The notes: generated by a model from the sequence alone, not told the origin. A stretch of 64,000 bases of DNA from an uncultured cyanobacterium (GCA_963718615.1 OY970368.1:5088001-5152000), one strand, 5' to 3'; shown: positions 19,258-29,932, counted from the stretch's first letter. Program-made: numbers and translations.

Positions 19258-20382
19258 ATGGCCAAACCCATGGCCGAACTATCATTTCCCCTGTCTTCAT
19301 CGGGACTAGAGGCGATCGCCCTACGGCGATCGCTTTTGATTTGGTACCAGACCACAGGCCGAGATTTGCCCTGGCGACGCAGCCGCGATCCCTATACCAT
19401 CTGGATTTCGGAGATTATGCTCCAGCAAACCCAGGTGAAAACCGTCATTCCCTACTACGAACGCTGGCTGGCCAAATTTCCCACGATCGAAGCCTTGGCA
19501 GCGGCGGACCAAACCGTAGTCCTTAAGACTTGGGAAGGTCTCGGTTACTACGCCCGCGCCCGCAATTTACACCGAGCCGCCCAGCAAATCGTCGCCGACC
19601 TTGAGGGGAAATTTCCCCAGGAGCTTGACCAGGTTTTGAAGCTTCCCGGCATCGGCAAAACCACAGCGGGCGGCATTTTGAGTGCCGCGTTCAACCAACG
19701 CACGGCGATTTTAGATGGTAATGTAAAACGCGTGTTAGCCCGGCTGATCAACCTGCCGCTGCCGCCTAGCAAAGCCTTGCCTGCGCTGTGGGCGTTGTCT
19801 GAAGACCTGCTCGATCCCGAGCATCCCCGCGATTTCAATCAGGCATTGATGGATCTGGGCGCAACGGTCTGCACCCCCAAAAACCCGGCTTGCCTGCTTT
19901 GTCCTTGGCAACCGGATTGTCAGGCCCATCGTTTAGGAACCCAATTAGAACGACCCATGCGTGAAGCCTCTCGTCCCTTGCCCCACAAGATCATTGGGGT
20001 AGCCGTGATTCGCAATCAGCAAAACCAAATTTTAATCGACCGGCGCTTGCAGGAAGGGTTGCTGGGGGGGCTGTGGGAATTTCCAGGGGGAAAAGTGGAA
20101 CCGGGCGAAACCCTAGAAGCCTGTGTCAAACGGGAAATTCAAGAGGAAATTGGCATTGAGATTGAAGTGGGCGATCGCCTCATCACCATTGACCATGCCT
20201 ACACCCACTTCAAGGTGACCTTAAATGTCTTCAACTGCTGTTATCTCTCCGGTGAACCACAGCCGATCGAATGTGATGAAGTGCGCTGGGTTACGCTAGA
20301 TGAGATCGACCAGTATCCCTTTCCGAAGGCCAATATCCAAATTATTGAAGCCCTCAAGGCACAAGCAACCCGCGCCGTCTAG
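19258..20382 (+). CDS. mutY: A/G-specific adenine glycosylase MutY with C-terminal NUDIX domain
   Basis: RDLPWR, SEIMLQQTQV, WEGLGYY, HhH LPGIG, DGNVKRV, C-X6-C-X2-C-X5-C Fe-S motif, NUDIX box GGKVEPGE..KREIQEE. Confidence 0.95.
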   Translation: MAKPMAELSFPLSSSGLEAIALRRSLLIWYQTTGRDLPWRRSRDPYTIWISEIMLQQTQVKTVIPYYERWLAKFPTIEALAAADQTVVLKTWEGLGYYARARNLHRAAQQIVADLEGKFPQELDQVLKLPGIGKTTAGGILSAAFNQRTAILDGNVKRVLARLINLPLPPSKALPALWALSEDLLDPEHPRDFNQALMDLGATVCTPKNPACLLCPWQPDCQAHRLGTQLERPMREASRPLPHKIIGVAVIRNQQNQILIDRRLQEGLLGGLWEFPGGKVEPGETLEACVKREIQEEIGIEIEVGDRLITIDHAYTHFKVTLNVFNCCYLSGEPQPIECDEVRWVTLDEIDQYPFPKANIQIIEALKAQATRAV

Positions 20383-20456
20383 GCTGACCCAAGTTACTCC
20401 AGCAAACCCGGCATTTCTGCAAAACTTTGCTACCTTTGCTGTTAGATTAAACTGCT

Positions 20457-21563
20457 GTGTCCCTGACTGCCATGATTGAAGTCGATCAGCTCAGCAAATT
20501 TTACGGACCTTACCAGGCGATCGCCGACCTGAGTTTCTCCGTCGAAAGCGGTGAAATTTTGGGGTTTCTGGGTCCTAACGGCGCGGGCAAAACCACCACC
20601 ATGCGCATCCTCACGGGCTATCTGCCCGCCACCAGCGGCACCGCCCGCGTGGCAGGGTACGATGTCCACGATAATTCCATGGCCGTGCGCAAATGCATTG
20701 GCTATCTGCCGGAGACGCCGCCCCTCTACCCGGACATGACCGTTGAGGGCTTTTTGCATTTTGTGGCCCAGCTCAAGGGGGTGAGCGCAGGCGATCGCGC
20801 CGGTCGAGTGGATTCGGCCCTGAATCGCTGTGGATTGGGCGATCGCCGCCAAACCATCATCGGCAAACTCTCCAAGGGCTATCGCCAGCGGGTCGGCATT
20901 GCCCAGGCCATTGTCCACGACCCCCCGGTGATTGTCTTGGATGAACCCACTGTCGGTCTCGATCCGCGTCAAATCATTGAAGTGCGGGAGCTCATCAAAA
21001 GTCTCGCGGGCCAACATACGATTATTTTATCCACGCACATTTTGCCCGAAGTCAGCATGACCTGTAACCGGGTCGCCATCATCAATCAGGGCAAACTGGT
21101 GACAACCAATTCCCCGGAATCCTTGATGGAAGAACTCACCGGGGGAACCCACTACACCCTCGAAATTGAAGGCGAAACCGAACAGATTCAGCGATCGCTC
21201 CAGGCCCTAGGGGGCGTCCAGCGGGTGGCGATCGCCCCAGGCTTACAGGAGGGCCGCAGCCAGGTCACGGTCACAAGTGAAGGCAGCGGTGACATTGGGC
21301 GGGAGGTTGCGGCGACGGTGGTGCAGTCGGGGTTGGGGCTGTATGAAATGCGGCGATCGCGCGCCAGCCTAGAGGATGTCTTTCTCAAACTCACTACCCA
21401 GGACACCGACCACGCAGAAGCCGCCCTTGATGCCCATTCACTCATGAGCCCCGCAGCCACCGCCGAGGCCCTCGCCAGCGTGGTAGATAAGGGTATGGAC
21501 AAGGCCGAGGTAGAGCCAGGACCAGAGCCTGTTGTAGAACAAGAGGAAGAATCCCCCACATGA
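20457..21563 (+). CDS. ABC transporter ATPase (GldA-like)
   Basis: GPNGAGKTT, LSKGYRQR, LDEPTVGLDP and STH. Confidence 0.9.
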   Translation: MSLTAMIEVDQLSKFYGPYQAIADLSFSVESGEILGFLGPNGAGKTTTMRILTGYLPATSGTARVAGYDVHDNSMAVRKCIGYLPETPPLYPDMTVEGFLHFVAQLKGVSAGDRAGRVDSALNRCGLGDRRQTIIGKLSKGYRQRVGIAQAIVHDPPVIVLDEPTVGLDPRQIIEVRELIKSLAGQHTIILSTHILPEVSMTCNRVAIINQGKLVTTNSPESLMEELTGGTHYTLEIEGETEQIQRSLQALGGVQRVAIAPGLQEGRSQVTVTSEGSGDIGREVAATVVQSGLGLYEMRRSRASLEDVFLKLTTQDTDHAEAALDAHSLMSPAATAEALASVVDKGMDKAEVEPGPEPVVEQEEESPT

Positions 21564-22363
21564 ATATCCCCTTCGGCAATGGGTTCGCCATCTACAAACG
21601 CGAGCTGCAAAGCTACTTCAAGTCGCCCTTGGCCTACGTGATTGCCGGAATTTTCTGGCTGATTGCCGGAATTTTCTTCGTGATTACCATGGGCGATGTC
21701 CTCGGTCGAGTCGCCGAGATGGATTTGCAACAGCAACAATTTAATGGACCCGCAACCCCCGTCGATGTGCCCTACATCTTGCTCCAAAGCTTTTTGGGCG
21801 TACTGGCTTCGCTGGTACTGGTACTGATGCCGATGCTCTCCATGGGCCTCTATGCCGAGGAACGCAAGCGCGGCACCCTCGAACTGCTGGCAACCTCCCC
21901 CATCACCAACTGGGCCGTCGCCCTGGGCAAACTGGCGGCAGCCATCACGTTTTTTGTAGGCATGATTCTGCCGATGATGGTTTATGAGTCGGTCATTTTT
22001 TCCTCAGCGACGCCCCCGCTACCGCCCACGGTCTTTTTGCTCAGCCATTTGGGCCTGGTGCTCTTGGCCAGCGCCATTCTCTCCTTGGGAATGTTTATTT
22101 CGTCGCTCACCAGCAGCACGATTATTGCTGCCGTCATGACCTTTGGCCTGGTGCTTTTGCTTTGGATTGTCGATGCCCTTGGCAACAGTGCATCGGGCTC
22201 CCTGGCGGCGGTGGCGACTCATCTGTCGATGGTGCGTCAGTACAATACCCTGGTCCAAGGGATTGTGGATACGGGCAGTTTTGCCATGCTCGTTAGCTAT
22301 ATCTTTTTGGGAATTTTCTTGACCGCTCAGTCCGTTGAAATTTTCCGATTCCAACGCTCGTAG
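21560..22363 (+). CDS. ABC-2 permease (GldF-like)
   Basis: KRELQSYFKSPLAY, AEERKRGTLELL, 6 TM helices; ATGA overlap with the ATPase gene. Confidence 0.88.
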   Translation: MNIPFGNGFAIYKRELQSYFKSPLAYVIAGIFWLIAGIFFVITMGDVLGRVAEMDLQQQQFNGPATPVDVPYILLQSFLGVLASLVLVLMPMLSMGLYAEERKRGTLELLATSPITNWAVALGKLAAAITFFVGMILPMMVYESVIFSSATPPLPPTVFLLSHLGLVLLASAILSLGMFISSLTSSTIIAAVMTFGLVLLLWIVDALGNSASGSLAAVATHLSMVRQYNTLVQGIVDTGSFAMLVSYIFLGIFLTAQSVEIFRFQRS

Positions 22364-22461
22364 ATATCCGCTCGTAGATATCCGCTCGTAAACATCGATT
22401 TGATGGTGCAGCCGCCCAGCATCTGGAGCGTTGCCCATTCCACCGGGGTTATGGTTGCTCT

Positions 22462-24048
22462 TTGATCATTATGAACATTTCGATCGCAAAATCTAAGGTT
22501 CTGAAATATCTCATTTGGCCGGGTCTGTCCCTGTTTTTGATCGGTCTATCCGCCGGGATTGTGGCGGGGAAATGGGGTACAGCACCGATGATCCTAATGA
22601 TCCTGGGGCTGGCCATTATTGCCTTTTGGATTTTGCTGCAAGTCACGGCCCAGGGCTTCTGGATGAAGCGATCGACCCAGGTAGGCACCAATGCCTTTAT
22701 TGCCACCACGGCAATGATGGTGATTTTGATTTTGCTTAATGTCCTAGTCGCCCGCTATCCCCAACGGCTGGACCTCACCGAAAACCAAATTTATAGCCTT
22801 GCCCCCCAGTCGAAGCAAATTGTTCAGGAGCTAGCACAGCCGGTTCGGCTGTATGTCTTTAGTCCGACAAAACCGCCCCAGGTGGAAAATCTGCTGAAGA
22901 ACTATGCCCGCCTCAGTACTGACCGCTTTTCCTATCAATTTGTTAACCCCACCCAAGAACCGGGCCTCGTCCAAAAGTTTGAGCTGAAGGATGTCGGGGA
23001 TGTTTTTCTAGAGGCTGGGGATAAGCAGCGGTTTGTGCAAAATATTGGGCGTGAGCCGTTTTCGGAGAGCAAGCTGACCAATGCCCTGGCTCGGTTAAAG
23101 CGCGATCGCACCGACAAAGTCTTTTTCCTCCAAGGCCACGGCGAACACAGCCCTGAGCAACTTAGCCAAGCAATCAACTTACTCAAGGACCGTAATTATG
23201 AAATCGAACCCCTGACCCTCGCCCAAACACTCAACAACGGTGAAGGCATTCCCGCCGATACCAGCGTCATCATGGTTTCGGGGCCGCAACGGGCACTACT
23301 GGAGCCAGAGGTCAAGGCCCTCAGTGATTTTTTGAACCGGGGCGGGGGCGTGCTGCTCTTGATTGACCCCAATACGGATCCGAAACTCAGTGCCCTGCTC
23401 GACCCTTGGGGCGTCAAGCTGGACGATCGCCTGATTATCGACGGTTCCGACACCCTGGGCATTAATGGTACAGGCGGGGTCGTTGGCATTGGCCCGACCT
23501 CCCCCCTCGTCACCCGTTATGGCGATCATCCCATCACTGCCGAATTTGGCAACGGGATTTCCTTTTATCCCCTATCACGGGCAGTAGAGCTGCAAGAGCG
23601 ACCGGGTATTAACGCTGTCCCGTTATTGTTGACCCATGAACAGAGTTGGGCCGAGAAGGACGTGCAGGCCCAGGTGCAGTACGACCCCAGCCGAGATTTG
23701 AAAGGTCCCTTGGCGATCGGCGCGGCTTTGAGTCGTCCGGTGGCAGAAGCTTCTGAGAATCGTACAGAGGAGAATCCCACCGAAAGCCGGTTGGTTGTGA
23801 TTGGCAATGCCAGCTTTATCACCAATGGTCCGGTCGAGCAGCAGCTCAATCCCGATGTCTTTGCTAATGCGATCGCCTGGCTCAGTCAACGGGAAGGTGA
23901 AGTCCTCAGCATTAGCCCCCGAGAGCTGACCAACCGACGCATTATCCTAGGCCCCGTCAAAGGCAATGCGGTAGCCTTCAGCGCGGTGCTGCTCCTGCCC
24001 CTACTGGGCTTTGGCACGGCGGCCTTTCTCTGGTGGAAACGTCGTTAA
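22462..24048 (+). CDS. GldG-family ABC auxiliary protein
   Basis: RLDLTENQIYSL, FLQGHGE, HPIT, RLVVIGNASF and a C-terminal TM helix ending WWKRR. Confidence 0.88.
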   Translation: MIIMNISIAKSKVLKYLIWPGLSLFLIGLSAGIVAGKWGTAPMILMILGLAIIAFWILLQVTAQGFWMKRSTQVGTNAFIATTAMMVILILLNVLVARYPQRLDLTENQIYSLAPQSKQIVQELAQPVRLYVFSPTKPPQVENLLKNYARLSTDRFSYQFVNPTQEPGLVQKFELKDVGDVFLEAGDKQRFVQNIGREPFSESKLTNALARLKRDRTDKVFFLQGHGEHSPEQLSQAINLLKDRNYEIEPLTLAQTLNNGEGIPADTSVIMVSGPQRALLEPEVKALSDFLNRGGGVLLLIDPNTDPKLSALLDPWGVKLDDRLIIDGSDTLGINGTGGVVGIGPTSPLVTRYGDHPITAEFGNGISFYPLSRAVELQERPGINAVPLLLTHEQSWAEKDVQAQVQYDPSRDLKGPLAIGAALSRPVAEASENRTEENPTESRLVVIGNASFITNGPVEQQLNPDVFANAIAWLSQREGEVLSISPRELTNRRIILGPVKGNAVAFSAVLLLPLLGFGTAAFLWWKRR

Positions 24049-24109
24049 AGCACCATTTTTCACCTTGCCCTAGACCACAGTCTAGACTGATACCTCAGGG
24101 AAAACCGCA

Positions 24110-24772
24110 ATGCGAATTAAAGGCAGTACCCTAGCGCTCTTGCTCACAGCTACGCTCCTAGCCGGTGGCGTCTTAATCACCGATCTAGTCCGCAATTCCC
24201 AGGGAGAGCAGCAGGCTGGATCGGGACCGGGCAATTCTGGACCGGGCAATTCGGGACCGGGCGACCCGGAACAGCCTAACGCCGCAACCCCAAAGACCAA
24301 AGCCCTTCCCCTCTTTCCGTTTCAGGAATCAGAGATCACCGCTTTTACCCTCCAGCGACCGGATCTCACCCTCAAATTTGCCCAGCGCAATCCACCGGAC
24401 ACCGCTAAGCCCAAATGGCAGATGCTCCAACCCGAAGCCCTCGACGCCAGCGATGGAGCCGTTGCCTATTTGCTCAATTTGTTGGCCACAGAAAGCTCCC
24501 GTGAAACCTTTAGTATGGCGGGCGATCGCAAAGCTGAATTTGGCTTAGACCGACCCACCGCCATCGTCAACGTCACCTTACAATCGGGCCAATCCCACGT
24601 GTTTGTCCTCGGCGCGCCCAACTTCAACAGCACTCAGTTCTACGCCCTCACCGACACCCCTCCCAATGCGGATCCCCTGCCCATTCAAGTGGTTACGTCA
24701 GATTTTGGACCCGCGGTAACGCGCCCCTTGGCGGAGTGGAAATATACTGCCGAAGCACCGCCGCAATCTTAA
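24110..24772 (+). CDS. DUF4340-like protein (fourth gene of the Gld-type ABC operon)
   Basis: N-terminal TM helix, W.M..P, EFGLDRP and VLGAPNF; typical operon position. Confidence 0.75.
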   Translation: MRIKGSTLALLLTATLLAGGVLITDLVRNSQGEQQAGSGPGNSGPGNSGPGDPEQPNAATPKTKALPLFPFQESEITAFTLQRPDLTLKFAQRNPPDTAKPKWQMLQPEALDASDGAVAYLLNLLATESSRETFSMAGDRKAEFGLDRPTAIVNVTLQSGQSHVFVLGAPNFNSTQFYALTDTPPNADPLPIQVVTSDFGPAVTRPLAEWKYTAEAPPQS

Positions 24773-24970
24773 GCCTGCTTAACAAGACCGCACAATCTCG
24801 ACAGAGTGAGTAAGATATGAGGAGAAGTCCGTGTCTCTCTGTCAAGGTGTCGTGATATCTTCGCGATCGCATTGCAGAATAACCCTCTAAGACTGTTATT
24901 TTTACGGTCTCCCAGAGTTTTTGGACAACTTATTCTTCAATTAGAATTACCCATCGTTCTCCACTACTGA

Positions 24971-25510
24971 ATGGCTCCAAATATTCGTTCCAGACGACCC
25001 ACCCGTAATCTTCCTCAAATCAACGAGCGTATTCGATTTCCAGAAATTCGCGTTGTGGACAGTGACGGCACCCAGTTGGGTATTATCACGCCTCGCGAGG
25101 CTCTAGAAATTGCAGAGCAGCGTGAACTTGACCTCGTCCTGGTGAGCGATAAGGCAGACCCACCGGTCTGTCGCATCATGGACTACGGTAAGTACAAATT
25201 TGAGCAGGAGAAGCGGGCAAGGGAGGCTCGGAAAAAACAGCATAACGCCGAAGTCAAAGAAGTGAAAATGCGCTACAAGATTGAGGAGCACGACTATAAC
25301 GTGCGGCTCAGCGCAGCGCAGCGCTTTTTAAAGTCGGGGGATAAGGTCAAGGCCACGATTACGTTTCGGGGCCGTGAGATCCAACACACTGACTTGGCCC
25401 GACAATTGCTCGATCGTCTAGCAAAGGACCTCGAAGAGGTGGCTGAGATTCAGCAATACCCTAAACGGGAAGGTCGCAACATGATGATGCTGCTCTCTCC
25501 CAAAAAGTAA
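24971..25510 (+). CDS. infC: Translation initiation factor IF-3
   Basis: [35 protein letters not shown] and FRGRE. Confidence 0.97.
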   Translation: MAPNIRSRRPTRNLPQINERIRFPEIRVVDSDGTQLGIITPREALEIAEQRELDLVLVSDKADPPVCRIMDYGKYKFEQEKRAREARKKQHNAEVKEVKMRYKIEEHDYNVRLSAAQRFLKSGDKVKATITFRGREIQHTDLARQLLDRLAKDLEEVAEIQQYPKREGRNMMMLLSPKK

Positions 25511-25577
25511 TGTTTTGGGAGTCACGTTCTAGTGCTTCTGTCCTAGACACAATCCTAGACGCAATCCTCCAGACCCC

Positions 25578-26048
25578 ATGACTTTTATCTACCCTCGCCA
25601 AATTCGTTTCCATGAGACGGACGCAGCGGGGGTTGTTTATTTTGCCCAGGTGCTCATGCTTTGCCATGAAGCCTACGAGGCCTCCTTGGACGCAGCGGGG
25701 ATCGAACTGAAAACGTTTTTCAGTGGTCAAGGGAGCATGGCGGTTCCCATCGTTCACAGTAGCGTTGACTTTTTTCGGCCTTTGTTTTGTGGCGATCGCC
25801 TCACCATTCACCTTGACCCTCAGCCGCTCAACGAGAGTGAATTTGAAATTCACTATGAAATTTGGCCAGCACCGTCTTTTCCGGCACAACCTGACAAAAC
25901 CTCGGCTCCCAGTCGTCCCTGCGCCACCGCCCTCACCCGCCACGTTTGCATCAATCCAGCCTGCCGCCGTCGTCTTCCCTGGGCTCCCATTTTAGGACAT
26001 TGGCTCAAACTTGCTCAGGAATCAACGCCCGTAGTGCCAACCGATTGA
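25578..26048 (+). CDS. 1,4-dihydroxy-2-naphthoyl-CoA thioesterase (hotdog fold)
   Basis: IRFHETDAAGVVYFA..CHEAYE and PIVHSSVDF; adjacent to the men genes. Confidence 0.85.
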   Translation: MTFIYPRQIRFHETDAAGVVYFAQVLMLCHEAYEASLDAAGIELKTFFSGQGSMAVPIVHSSVDFFRPLFCGDRLTIHLDPQPLNESEFEIHYEIWPAPSFPAQPDKTSAPSRPCATALTRHVCINPACRRRLPWAPILGHWLKLAQESTPVVPTD

Positions 26049-27684
26049 GTTTTCCCTGGGCATTGCGGGGGAGTGCAGTCACCGCCAGCCAGGTTTTGGG
26101 TCGCTTGGGCGGACTGAGCTGGGTTTGGAGGGCCAGCTGGAGGGCTTGCTGAAGCGGTATGTTCGCGTTAGAGCCAGCAGGCACATAAACAGCCACAAGG
26201 CGCTCACCCCATTCCGCATCCGCCACGCCCATCACCGCCACATCCGCCACCAGGCCAGTGGCCCGAATCGCGGCTTCGACCTCCGCCGGAAACACATTTT
26301 CACCCCCCGTAATAATCTTGTCGCTGCTGCGCCCCACCAAATGCAAATAGCCTTCGGCATCCAACCAACCTAAATCATCCGTCGCTAAGTAGGGACCTGC
26401 GGCATCTTCTGGGAGGGGTTCAAACCGGGTCGGCTCTGGACAGGCGCGATCGCCCGCAGATACGTACCAATACCCAGCCGCCAGAGCGCGCGATCGCACC
26501 CGTATCTGCCCCACGACCCCTGTAGGCAAGACCTGACCCTGGTCATCACAAACAGTCACCGACGCATGGGGCAAAACCCGACCACAGCCGGATTTTCCAG
26601 CTCCAAAGGCCCCTGGTGCTAGGGTGACAATTTGGGAGGCCGTTTCCGTCATGCCATAGGTTGGAGCGAGGGCAATATTGGCCGCTTTGGCGGCCTTCAG
26701 CAAGCTGGGCCAGGCCGGAGCTCCGCCCAATAAAACCATCTGAAACTGTTGGAGCCACTGCGTCTTCGCGGGATCCTGGAGCAACCGCTGCAGCTGAGTT
26801 GGAACCAAGGAAATCCAAAAAGAATCGAGACCGATGTTAGTTTGCTGGATTTTTTGGGCACCCTTGATCGATCTAGGTAAAGAATCTGTCATACTGGTAA
26901 AGCTAAGTTTAAGAGATTGGGATGAAGCGATAGCACAGTACCCTCCAGAGGTAAGCGATCGCACGAACTGCATGAGCCCGCTCACATGGTAGAGGGGCAG
27001 CACACAGAACGAGTGAATCGATCCCGGCTCCGGAGTTAGCTCCGACCGTAACAAACCTTTGACCGACGCTTCGAGCGTTCTCCAAGAATGTTGGGCAAAC
27101 CGCAGTCTGCCAGACGATCCACCGGTCGCAATGCAGATCCGCGAGTTTTCCACAAGGGAGCCATCTGGGCTCCGTTTTTTCTCAAGCCAGCCTTCTCTGG
27201 GCAAGGGTTTGGGGTGTTTTCCATAAGTTTTCCACAGGAGGCCAAATCTGTGGAAAACTTTCGTTTGCCTGTGGAAAACCTGTGGAATTTGCTCAATGTT
27301 TCGCAGTGATACCGGTAGCCTGCGGGGTCCTAAAATCAGCTCAGGCTGAAGCCCTCGAATGACTCCCTCCAATTCAGCCTCGCTCCAATCGGGATTGCCC
27401 AGAAAAACCCGCAACCCAAGATGACAGGCAGTGCAAAAACTCGCGAGAAAGCCGATGGGATTGGCAATGACTAAGAGCAGCGTCAGGGGCTGTTGCTCGC
27501 ATTGTTTTAGCGTCGTCAATGCCGTTCGTAGGGCGATCGCCATCTCAGCCAAGTCCGCTGACATCGGCAGGCTTGAGGCTGGCAAATCCACCGGATCAAC
27601 CTGCCAAATCCAATCCTCTGACGCCCTTGCTAGCAGCAAATCCAGGGGATCAGAAGACCCAGCGACGTTATGGGTCAACAACAT
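26005..27684 (-). CDS. menE: O-succinylbenzoate-CoA ligase
   Basis: TGGSSG, LPLYHVSG, SLVPTQL, YGMTETASQ, GRSSDKIITGGENVFP and LPRNAQGK; long linker before TGGSSG. Confidence 0.92.
   Translation of the reverse strand: MLLTHNVAGSSDPLDLLLARASEDWIWQVDPVDLPASSLPMSADLAEMAIALRTALTTLKQCEQQPLTLLLVIANPIGFLASFCTACHLGLRVFLGNPDWSEAELEGVIRGLQPELILGPRRLPVSLRNIEQIPQVFHRQTKVFHRFGLLWKTYGKHPKPLPREGWLEKKRSPDGSLVENSRICIATGGSSGRLRFAQHSWRTLEASVKGLLRSELTPEPGSIHSFCVLPLYHVSGLMQFVRSLTSGGYCAIASSQSLKLSFTSMTDSLPRSIKGAQKIQQTNIGLDSFWISLVPTQLQRLLQDPAKTQWLQQFQMVLLGGAPAWPSLLKAAKAANIALAPTYGMTETASQIVTLAPGAFGAGKSGCGRVLPHASVTVCDDQGQVLPTGVVGQIRVRSRALAAGYWYVSAGDRACPEPTRFEPLPEDAAGPYLATDDLGWLDAEGYLHLVGRSSDKIITGGENVFPAEVEAAIRATGLVADVAVMGVADAEWGERLVAVYVPAGSNANIPLQQALQLALQTQLSPPKRPKTWLAVTALPRNAQGKLNRLALRALIPEQV
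27146..27289. promoter_or_regulatory. Cluster of cyanobacterial-type DnaA boxes inside menE
   Basis: TTTTCCACA at 27146 and 27228 (+); TGTGGAAAA at 27249 and 27270; near-matches TTTTCCATA at 27217 and TGTGGAATT at 27281. Confidence 0.7.
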
Positions 27685-28714
27685 AGCTTTCCTCCACCGG
27701 AGCACCGTCTGCCAAACTTTGCCAAATGCGTTCCGGATCCGGATCCTCTAACCCATCCGGGATCAACCACTGCTGGACCCCAAAGCCCAGGGCACGCTGA
27801 ATGCCAAGGTCCTCCGCCAGATGTAAGACGGCATGGCGCGCGATCGCCGTTTCAAACACCGAGGACAGCACCAGATCTAACGGTTGATGCCGAGCCAGTT
27901 GCCGCTGAGCCAGTTGCCGCAGGCCCTGGGGAGCCCCCACGATCGCCCCCTTCACCACAAAAACACCACGCCAGCCCCGCCGGTAACCGTCCTCTAGCTG
28001 AGAGAGGCTAGCCACGGATTCGTCTAGGGCCAGGGGCGTTCGATACCGGGTGGCCAATGCCAAGAGCTGAGTCCAATGGCTCGGGGGGAAGGGCTGTTCG
28101 AGAAACTCAATGCCGAGGCGATCGCACAGGGCCAACCAAACCTCTGCTTCCGCTTCACGAAGTCCCCCATTGGCATCTAGCCGCAGCTGAGCCGAGGGGG
28201 GGAGTTGCGATCGCAAGCGCCGTAAAATCGCCCGCTCTCTCTCAGGCTGATCTACCCCTATTTTCCACTTGAAGGTGCGATGTCCTGCGGCCCAGAGTTG
28301 CGGCCAAGCCCCTAGGGCGTCAGCCCCCGTGGGCAAGAGGGCACAAATCGCCGCCGGTTCCAACACGGGCAAGGGCCGGGGCATCGCGATGGCCAATTGC
28401 TCTAGGGCTGATCCCAGGGCAAATTGAGTCGCGGGATATCGAGCCCCGAAGCTGGGATTTAGAACCGTTGCGAGCTTGAAAGTTTCCAGAGGGATGGAAA
28501 GATCACCCCATTGACGACAGCAGGCGATCGCCTCGGCCAGGGTTTCGGTGCCAAACGCCGGTAAGGGCGCAATTTCCCCATAGCCCCTTCGACCCCGATG
28601 ATCTTCTAGCCGAAGAATTAAGCCCTCTCGCCATTGCCAGACCCCGTGATGGGTGCGGAGGGGCGAGCGAAACCGACGACGGTAGGGGCGAACATTGAGG
28701 CGGAGGACCGGCAT
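27668..28714 (-). CDS. menC: O-succinylbenzoate synthase
   Basis: GEIAPLP.FGTETL, TFKWKIG, LRLDANGG, EFLEQP, LALDES and SSVFET. Confidence 0.92.
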   Translation of the reverse strand: MPVLRLNVRPYRRRFRSPLRTHHGVWQWREGLILRLEDHRGRRGYGEIAPLPAFGTETLAEAIACCRQWGDLSIPLETFKLATVLNPSFGARYPATQFALGSALEQLAIAMPRPLPVLEPAAICALLPTGADALGAWPQLWAAGHRTFKWKIGVDQPERERAILRRLRSQLPPSAQLRLDANGGLREAEAEVWLALCDRLGIEFLEQPFPPSHWTQLLALATRYRTPLALDESVASLSQLEDGYRRGWRGVFVVKGAIVGAPQGLRQLAQRQLARHQPLDLVLSSVFETAIARHAVLHLAEDLGIQRALGFGVQQWLIPDGLEDPDPERIWQSLADGAPVEESYVVDP

Positions 28715-28797
28715 GGGCGAAACATTCGACGAGCAATCCAATAGACAATTCGATCAGACAATTTGATGGCACCCTAAAACACCGCCTAAAACACCGC

Positions 28798-29742
28798 CTA
28801 AAACACCGCCAGCCCGTAGCCCAAGCTACACAGCAACCCACTCCAAAAGTGCAGCCCAACTGCAATAAATTTACAGTTCATCACCTGGGCGGGCTGATCG
28901 TGATAGCAACCCACATGACGACAGAGATGCACCGCAAAGGGCACACTCAAGAGCCCCAGAAGGATCCAGAGGGGAGCCAGCCCCAAGACGACCAACAATC
29001 CCATCAGCCCGTAGGTAAGGCCGCATAGCCAGGGCAACAGCGCTGCGCCCCGCTGGGTTCCGAGACGGACAATGGGCGATCGCTTCCCCGCCGCCAAATC
29101 ATCTTCAACCTGATGAAAATGGGAGCAAAACAATACCAGGCTGGTCGTGATGCCTAAAATCACCGAAGCCACCAGACTGCTGGCCGAAAAGGTTTGGGCC
29201 TGACTGTAATAGGCCGCACTCACCGCCAGCGGCCCAAAGGCAAAAAAGCAAAGAATTTCACCCAGGCCCTGATAGCCCAGCCGAAAGGGCGGTCCTTGAT
29301 AGAGATAGCCCAACCCACAACAGACCAGAATCAGTACCAGCACCATGGGATCCTGCTGCATCCAGGCGATCGCCCCAATTCCCCCCAGTCCAGCCAGCAA
29401 ACAGCCATTTGCCAACGCAAAAATTAGCCCCCGCCGCCCCGTCAAATTGACCAACGAATGATCCTTATGGGTATCAATACCGGTCTCTGCATCAAAGACA
29501 TCGTTGGCCAAATTCTCCCAGGCCAGGATCAAGACCGCTGAGAGCAAAAACACCCCAAAAATCAGCCAATTCATGGTCTGGGTTTCGTAGAAGGCGATCG
29601 CACTTCCCCAGAGAATGGGCATGACTGCCACGCTATACATGGGAGGTTTGATCGCCGCCATCCACAGGGCAGAACGAGGGCGATCGCCAATGCCGCTTGG
29701 GGCTTGGGATCCTACACTCGGTGCAGCAGTTGGGGAGGTCAT
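28798..29742 (-). CDS. menA: DHNA phytyltransferase
   Basis: WMAAIKPPMY, NDVFDAETGID, YQGPPFRLGYQGLGE and HFHQVEDDLAAGKRSPIVRLG. Confidence 0.93.
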   Translation of the reverse strand: MTSPTAAPSVGSQAPSGIGDRPRSALWMAAIKPPMYSVAVMPILWGSAIAFYETQTMNWLIFGVFLLSAVLILAWENLANDVFDAETGIDTHKDHSLVNLTGRRGLIFALANGCLLAGLGGIGAIAWMQQDPMVLVLILVCCGLGYLYQGPPFRLGYQGLGEILCFFAFGPLAVSAAYYSQAQTFSASSLVASVILGITTSLVLFCSHFHQVEDDLAAGKRSPIVRLGTQRGAALLPWLCGLTYGLMGLLVVLGLAPLWILLGLLSVPFAVHLCRHVGCYHDQPAQVMNCKFIAVGLHFWSGLLCSLGYGLAVF

Positions 29743-29932
29743 AGGCACTGGATCAAGAGAGGGTAGTTTGATCAATACCAATTCCTACAAAAGATAAAGA
29801 GATTTGACACCTTTTTTATCACTTCCCAGCTGCGGATTTCGCAGGGGTACCAGGGCATTGGATAAGAGCGAGTAAGATCAGAAGCATCTTTTTCTCAATT
29901 TTTTCTTTAACAAACTGCGATAAACCTAATCC

